In this document: piece by piece, positions 59,900-64,000 of the stretch
How positions within the stretch are numbered: position 1 is the first letter of the stretch
How the letters are laid out: every line of letters starts with the position of its first letter
DNA from: an uncultured Clostridia bacterium
Lineage (GTDB): Bacteria; Bacillota; Clostridia; TANB77; CAG-508
Length of the DNA stretch: 64,000 bases
Direction: 5' to 3'
NCBI GenBank assembly: GCA_944387495.1
Contig: CALXFD010000005.1
Location: forward strand, 1,803 to 65,802
Notes under the pieces: generated by a model
The model's database searches: none
What the model was told of the DNA's origin: nothing
Seen by the model: only the letters and a program-made list of their open reading frames with translations
Program-made: the position numbers and the translations under genes

Positions 59900-60403
59900 T
59901 TATTCAATATATCCTATATATGGTAAGTTTCTATATTTTTGATTATAGTCTAAACCATAACCTACAACAAATTTATCTTCTACTTCAAATCCCATATAGT
60001 CTGCTTCAATTTCTACTACTCTTCTTGATGGTTTTGATAATAGTGTTGCTATTTTTACACTATTTGGATTTTTTGCTTCTAAATATTTTTTTAGTTCTTT
60101 AAGTGTTCTTCCTGTATCTATTATATCTTCTATTATCAATACATCTTTTCCTTCTATATCTTCTTTTAGAGCTTTTTTTATTTTAAGATTTCCTGTGCTT
60201 TCTGTTCCTTCATAACTTGAAACTTCCATAAAGTCAAATTTGACTTTCATTTTTAATTTTTTTGCTAATTCTACCATAAAAACAATTGAACCTTTTAATA
60301 TTCCAAGTAGGATTAATTCTTTTCCTTCATATTCTTTATTTATTTCTTTTGCTAGTTCATTTATTCTTTTTTCTATTTTACTTTCACTTATTAGTACTTC
60401 CAT
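59900..60403 (-). CDS. hpt: Hypoxanthine(-guanine) phosphoribosyltransferase
   Basis: PRPP motif VLIIEDIIDTGRT, flexible-loop motif VSSYEGTESTG, and FVVGYGLDY. Confidence 0.9.
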   Translation of the reverse strand: MEVLISESKIEKRINELAKEINKEYEGKELILLGILKGSIVFMVELAKKLKMKVKFDFMEVSSYEGTESTGNLKIKKALKEDIEGKDVLIIEDIIDTGRTLKELKKYLEAKNPNSVKIATLLSKPSRRVVEIEADYMGFEVEDKFVVGYGLDYNQKYRNLPYIGYIE

Positions 60404-60460
60404 TTTTTATTTGTGATAATAATTATCACTTTCCTCCTTTTTTTGTTTATTAGCTATTTT

Positions 60461-60958
60461 TTAAAATTCTTCTATACTTCCTACATATGGTAGATTTCTA
60501 TATAATTGTTTATAATCCATTCCATAACCTAATACAAATTGGTCATGTATTCCAAATCCTATGTATTTAACATTTAGTTCTTCTATTTTTCTTGATGGCT
60601 TAGCTAATAATGTTGCTATTTCTAAACTTTTTGGTTCTAAATTTTCTAAATGTTGTTTTAAAAATGTTATTGTTTTTCCTGTGTCTATTATATCTTCAAC
60701 AATTAGTACGTTTTTTCCCTCTACTACGCTTTTTAAGTCTTTGCTTACTTTTCCGTTATTTTCTTCATCAAATTCTATATCTACAAATTCAAAGCTTACA
60801 TCTATTTTTAATTTTTTAGCTAAATCTACTAAAAATACAACTGAACCTTTTAATACTCCTAGTAAAACTAATTCTTCTCCTTCATAGTCACTATTTATCT
60901 CTTTTGCTAGTTCATTTACTCTTTTTTCTATTCTTGCTTCATTTATTAATACGTTCAT
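60461..60958 (-). CDS. Divergent hypoxanthine phosphoribosyltransferase paralog
   Basis: PRPP motif VLIVEDIIDTGKT and FVLGYGMDY are retained, but the SSY flexible-loop motif is replaced by IEFDEENNGKVS. Confidence 0.8.
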   Translation of the reverse strand: MNVLINEARIEKRVNELAKEINSDYEGEELVLLGVLKGSVVFLVDLAKKLKIDVSFEFVDIEFDEENNGKVSKDLKSVVEGKNVLIVEDIIDTGKTITFLKQHLENLEPKSLEIATLLAKPSRKIEELNVKYIGFGIHDQFVLGYGMDYKQLYRNLPYVGSIEEF

Positions 60959-61173
60959 TTTTTCCCCTCTCGAAATTTTATTATGTATTGATTATATCTT
61001 ATTTTGTTTCTTATATCAAGCTTTATTTTTGTTGCTTTATTAAAAAGTTTAAGAAGATTTTTTAACGTATTTTTAATTTTTTATTAGGACTTGCTTATTT
61101 TTTAATTTTATTATAATATAATACAGTATATTAATGCATGCAGAATTAGATGAAAGGAGTAAAAAAACAAACT

Positions 61174-61335
61174 AGCGCCAGGACACTTAGTTCTAAACAA
61201 GTGTTGACGAGGTTCAGGGTTATCGAAAAATTCGGCGGATGCCTTGATGGCTTACTTATAGTCATTAGTATTAAACAAAAAGTTGTAATATACAATAACA
61301 AAAATTAATACACATAAGTTAAATGCATGCCTTAA
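61174..61335 (+). ncRNA. glmS glucosamine-6-phosphate-activated ribozyme in the glmS leader
   Basis: AGCGCCAGGAC...GACGAGG...TTATCGAAAAATTCGGCGGATGCC matches the conserved glmS ribozyme core immediately upstream of glmS. The 3' boundary is approximate. Confidence 0.85.
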
Positions 61336-61371
61336 ATTCCAAAAACAAAATATTAATTAGGAGGAATGATT

Positions 61372-63210
61372 ATGTGTGGAATTGTAGGTTATATAGGATA
61401 TCAAAAAGCAAGTCCAATTTTAATTAATGGTCTTATAAGACTAGAATACAGAGGATATGACTCAGCAGGGATTTCAACTATTGAATCTGATGGGTTATCT
61501 ATTATGAAAGATAAAGGTAGAGTTAGAAATTTATATGATTTAGATGGAATAGATGATTTGAAAGGTACTATTGGTATTGCACATACTAGATGGGCAACTC
61601 ATGGTAAACCTTCAAAAGAAAATTCTCATCCACATCAAGATAATTCTAAAACATTTAGCGTTGTTCATAATGGTATTATTGAAAATTATAATGAACTAAA
61701 AAAATTCTTAATAGAAAATGGTTATAAGTTTTATTCTGATACAGATACTGAAACTATACCAAATTTAATTCATTATTATTATATGAAAAATAAAAATACA
61801 GGTATTCAAAGATTTCTAGAAGCTGTTAGAAATGCATGTGCAGATTTAAAAGGTAGTTATGCTCTTGAAATTATTTGTAAAGATTATCCAGATAATATGA
61901 TAGTAACAAGAAAAGATAGTCCACTTGTAATTGGTAAAGGAAATGGAGAAAATTATATTTCTTCTGATATTCCAGCTATACTTTCTTTTACAAGAGATTT
62001 TTATTTGTTAAATGATTTTGAAATTGTTCTTCTTTCAAGAGATGAAGCTAAATTCTATGATATGGATTTAAATAATATTGATAAGAAAACAAAAACAATT
62101 GAATGGGATGCTACAAGCAGTGAAAAAAATGGTTTTGATGATTTCATGCTTAAAGAAATTTATGAACAACCTACTGCTATTAGAGAAACTATTGGTTCTA
62201 AATTTAGTGAAAATTCTAAATGTGAATTTGAAGAATTAAATTTTGATAAAGACTTTTTATCAAATATCAAAAGAATTTATATAGTAGCTTGTGGTACTGC
62301 TATGCATGCTGGTTTAGCTGGTAAAAATGCAATTGAAAAACTTTGCAGAATTCCTACTGAGGTAGATATTGCATCTGAATTTAGATATAGAGAGCCATTA
62401 ATTGATGATAAAACATTATGTATTTTTATTTCTCAATCTGGGGAAACAGCAGATACTATTGCTGCATTAAAACTTTCTAAATCACATGGTGCAAAAACTC
62501 TTGCTATTAGTAATGTTATAGGAAGTTCAATTACAAGAGAAGCAGATTATTGTTTATATACACATGCAGGTCCAGAAATAGCAGTTGCATCAACAAAAGC
62601 ATATACTTCACAAGTAATTTTATTAGTAATACTTGCTATATATTTTGCTGAGATATTAGAAATTAATACAGAAAAAGTTAATTCTCTTAAAAAAGAAATT
62701 TTAACATTACCTAAAAAAATAGAAGAAACATTAAAATCTTCTTCACAAATAGAAGATTTTGCTAAAAAAGTATATCAAGAAAAAGACATTTTCTTCTTAG
62801 GTAGAGGTGTTGATGAAAATGTTGCAAAAGAAGGTTCTTTGAAATTAAAAGAAATTTCATATATTCATTCAGAAAGCTATGCTGCTGGTGAATTAAAACA
62901 TGGACCTATTGCATTAATTGAAAAAGATGTAACTGTTATTGGTATAATGACAGATGAAAAATTAGTTGAAAAAACTGTTAGCAATTTACAAGAAGTAATA
63001 ACTCGTGGTGCTAAAACTTTAATTATAACAAATCAAAAAATTGATGAATCTATGTTTGATATGGTTATAAATATACCTAAAATAGATTGTTTTGTATCAC
63101 CAATATTATCTATTATACCTTTACAATTATTTTCTTATTACATTGCAAAGGAAAAAGGATTAGATGTTGATAAACCTCGTAATCTTGCAAAATCTGTAAC
63201 AGTTGAATAG
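61372..63210 (+). CDS. glmS: Glutamine--fructose-6-phosphate aminotransferase
   Basis: N-terminal MCGIVGY (catalytic Cys after Met), SIS domains, C-terminal KSVTVE. ATG at 61372, 7 nt after AGGAGG. Confidence 0.95.
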   Translation: MCGIVGYIGYQKASPILINGLIRLEYRGYDSAGISTIESDGLSIMKDKGRVRNLYDLDGIDDLKGTIGIAHTRWATHGKPSKENSHPHQDNSKTFSVVHNGIIENYNELKKFLIENGYKFYSDTDTETIPNLIHYYYMKNKNTGIQRFLEAVRNACADLKGSYALEIICKDYPDNMIVTRKDSPLVIGKGNGENYISSDIPAILSFTRDFYLLNDFEIVLLSRDEAKFYDMDLNNIDKKTKTIEWDATSSEKNGFDDFMLKEIYEQPTAIRETIGSKFSENSKCEFEELNFDKDFLSNIKRIYIVACGTAMHAGLAGKNAIEKLCRIPTEVDIASEFRYREPLIDDKTLCIFISQSGETADTIAALKLSKSHGAKTLAISNVIGSSITREADYCLYTHAGPEIAVASTKAYTSQVILLVILAIYFAEILEINTEKVNSLKKEILTLPKKIEETLKSSSQIEDFAKKVYQEKDIFFLGRGVDENVAKEGSLKLKEISYIHSESYAAGELKHGPIALIEKDVTVIGIMTDEKLVEKTVSNLQEVITRGAKTLIITNQKIDESMFDMVINIPKIDCFVSPILSIIPLQLFSYYIAKEKGLDVDKPRNLAKSVTVE

Positions 63211-63220
63211 TCTTAAATTT

Positions 63221-63252
63221 AAAAAATCCAACTTTACTAAGTTGGATTTTTA
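63221..63252. terminator. Bidirectional terminator after glmS
   Basis: AAAAATCCAACT / AGTTGGATTTTT stem. Confidence 0.75.
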
Positions 63253-63276
63253 ACTTTCCTATTTAGGTCTTGTTTT

Positions 63277-63660
63277 TTAGCTTATCTGAGAAATAAAATT
63301 CTTTAAAAACTCTCTTTGAGAAAATATTGGTATAATACCGTAAAATCCTTTTATACCTTCAAAATCCTCATCTTTTAAGTACATTGTACTATTAATTATG
63401 GTTGGAATAATTATATCTCTTTTTTCTATTTTTCTTAATATCTCTATTCCCCCATGTGTTACAGTTGTTTTATTATTCTTACAAATTGGTAATTCCATAT
63501 CAAGTATCAGTGCCTGATATTTATTTGTATTTTCGTATAAAGTTTTTAATGCATCACATATGCATGTACAAATATCATACATCACCTTTTTCTCAGATAA
63601 TACCTCTTTTACCCATTTACATTTAACTTTTGGGTTGTCGTCTACTATTAGTATCCGCAT
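63277..63660 (-). CDS. Stand-alone receiver (REC) domain protein
   Basis: MRILIVDDN..., putative phospho-acceptor in ALILDMELP; 127 aa with no output domain. ATG at 63660 after GGAGGAAAAAGA. Confidence 0.65.
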   Translation of the reverse strand: MRILIVDDNPKVKCKWVKEVLSEKKVMYDICTCICDALKTLYENTNKYQALILDMELPICKNNKTTVTHGGIEILRKIEKRDIIIPTIINSTMYLKDEDFEGIKGFYGIIPIFSQREFLKNFISQIS

Positions 63661-63763
63661 TCTTTTTCCTCCTGCTTTTTTCTTTATATATAACATTTAT
63701 TTAATTTATTGTAAAGCATATTATTTTATTTTTTAATTTTAAGTTAAACTTATATATATTTAT

Positions 63764-64000
63764 TTATCCGATAAGTAATTTTACTATTATTAAACATACT
63801 ACACCTGGAATTCCTAATATACCTATTAATATACTAGTTACCAAATTTAGTCCAATATGAAAACCAAAATTTGCTCCTATTATATTTATTAAAAATATAA
63901 CAATTCCACCCAAAACTGAATTTATTATTAATTTTAAAATCTTTTTAATTGGCACAATAAAAATTCTTCCAAATATAAATATCAAACATATACATGTTAA
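63764..64000 (-). CDS. bofA: Pro-sigma-K processing inhibitor BofA (the 5' end probably lies outside the window)
   Basis: NSVLGGIVIFLINIIGANFGFHIGLNLVTSILIGILGIPGV is BofA-like. The frame stays open to the window edge. Confidence 0.7.
   Translation of the reverse strand, partial: LTCICLIFIFGRIFIVPIKKILKLIINSVLGGIVIFLINIIGANFGFHIGLNLVTSILIGILGIPGVVCLIIVKLLIG

Overview
This window looks like core chromosome from a very AT-rich (by eye about one quarter G+C, not computed), endospore-forming Firmicute. It carries the Clostridia-type markers spo0A, spoIVFB, bofA, yqfC/yqfD and pdaA, and most genes lie on the minus strand.

Gene content:
- **1-7412:** one giant minus-strand ORF that the supplied ORF track misses because it runs off the left edge. 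It encodes a cyclic beta-1,2-glucan synthase-like protein (glycosyltransferase plus GH94 phosphorylase).
- **7.5-24.5 kb:** housekeeping genes: rarA, ruvA, dapL, murE, dapF, a monofunctional peptidoglycan transglycosylase, mnmA, aspS and an HD-GYP protein.
- **24.6-34.2 kb:** a lone mazF, a frameshifted dusB, rodA-minE-minD, an M23 peptidase with spoIVFB, the UPF0237/UPF0210 pair and spo0A.
- **34.3-49.8 kb:** the rpsF-ssb-rpsR operon, a fadD-like ligase with a TetR regulator, and a ybeY/yqfD/yqfC/pdaA sporulation cluster.
- **50.2-53.4 kb:** a complete agr-type quorum-sensing locus, including a 39-aa agrD that I found by hand.
- **53.7-64.0 kb:** rluA and an rRNA methyltransferase, a pilin-like/FGE-domain fusion, uvrC, two tandem hpt paralogs, the glmS ribozyme with glmS, an orphan receiver protein and a partial bofA.

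I found no rRNA, tRNA, CRISPR array, prophage or recognisable defence island.

The least explained signals are two long, perfect, relatively GC-rich intergenic palindromic elements:
- **19176-19447:** 65-bp perfect inverted repeats flank a 142-bp core.
- **36338-36501:** three tandem 34-bp units followed by two inverted units form a 59-bp perfect stem.

A compositionally foreign orphan gene at 37880-38605 is the third unexplained signal.

All protein assignments come from motif recognition by eye. No database search was run.
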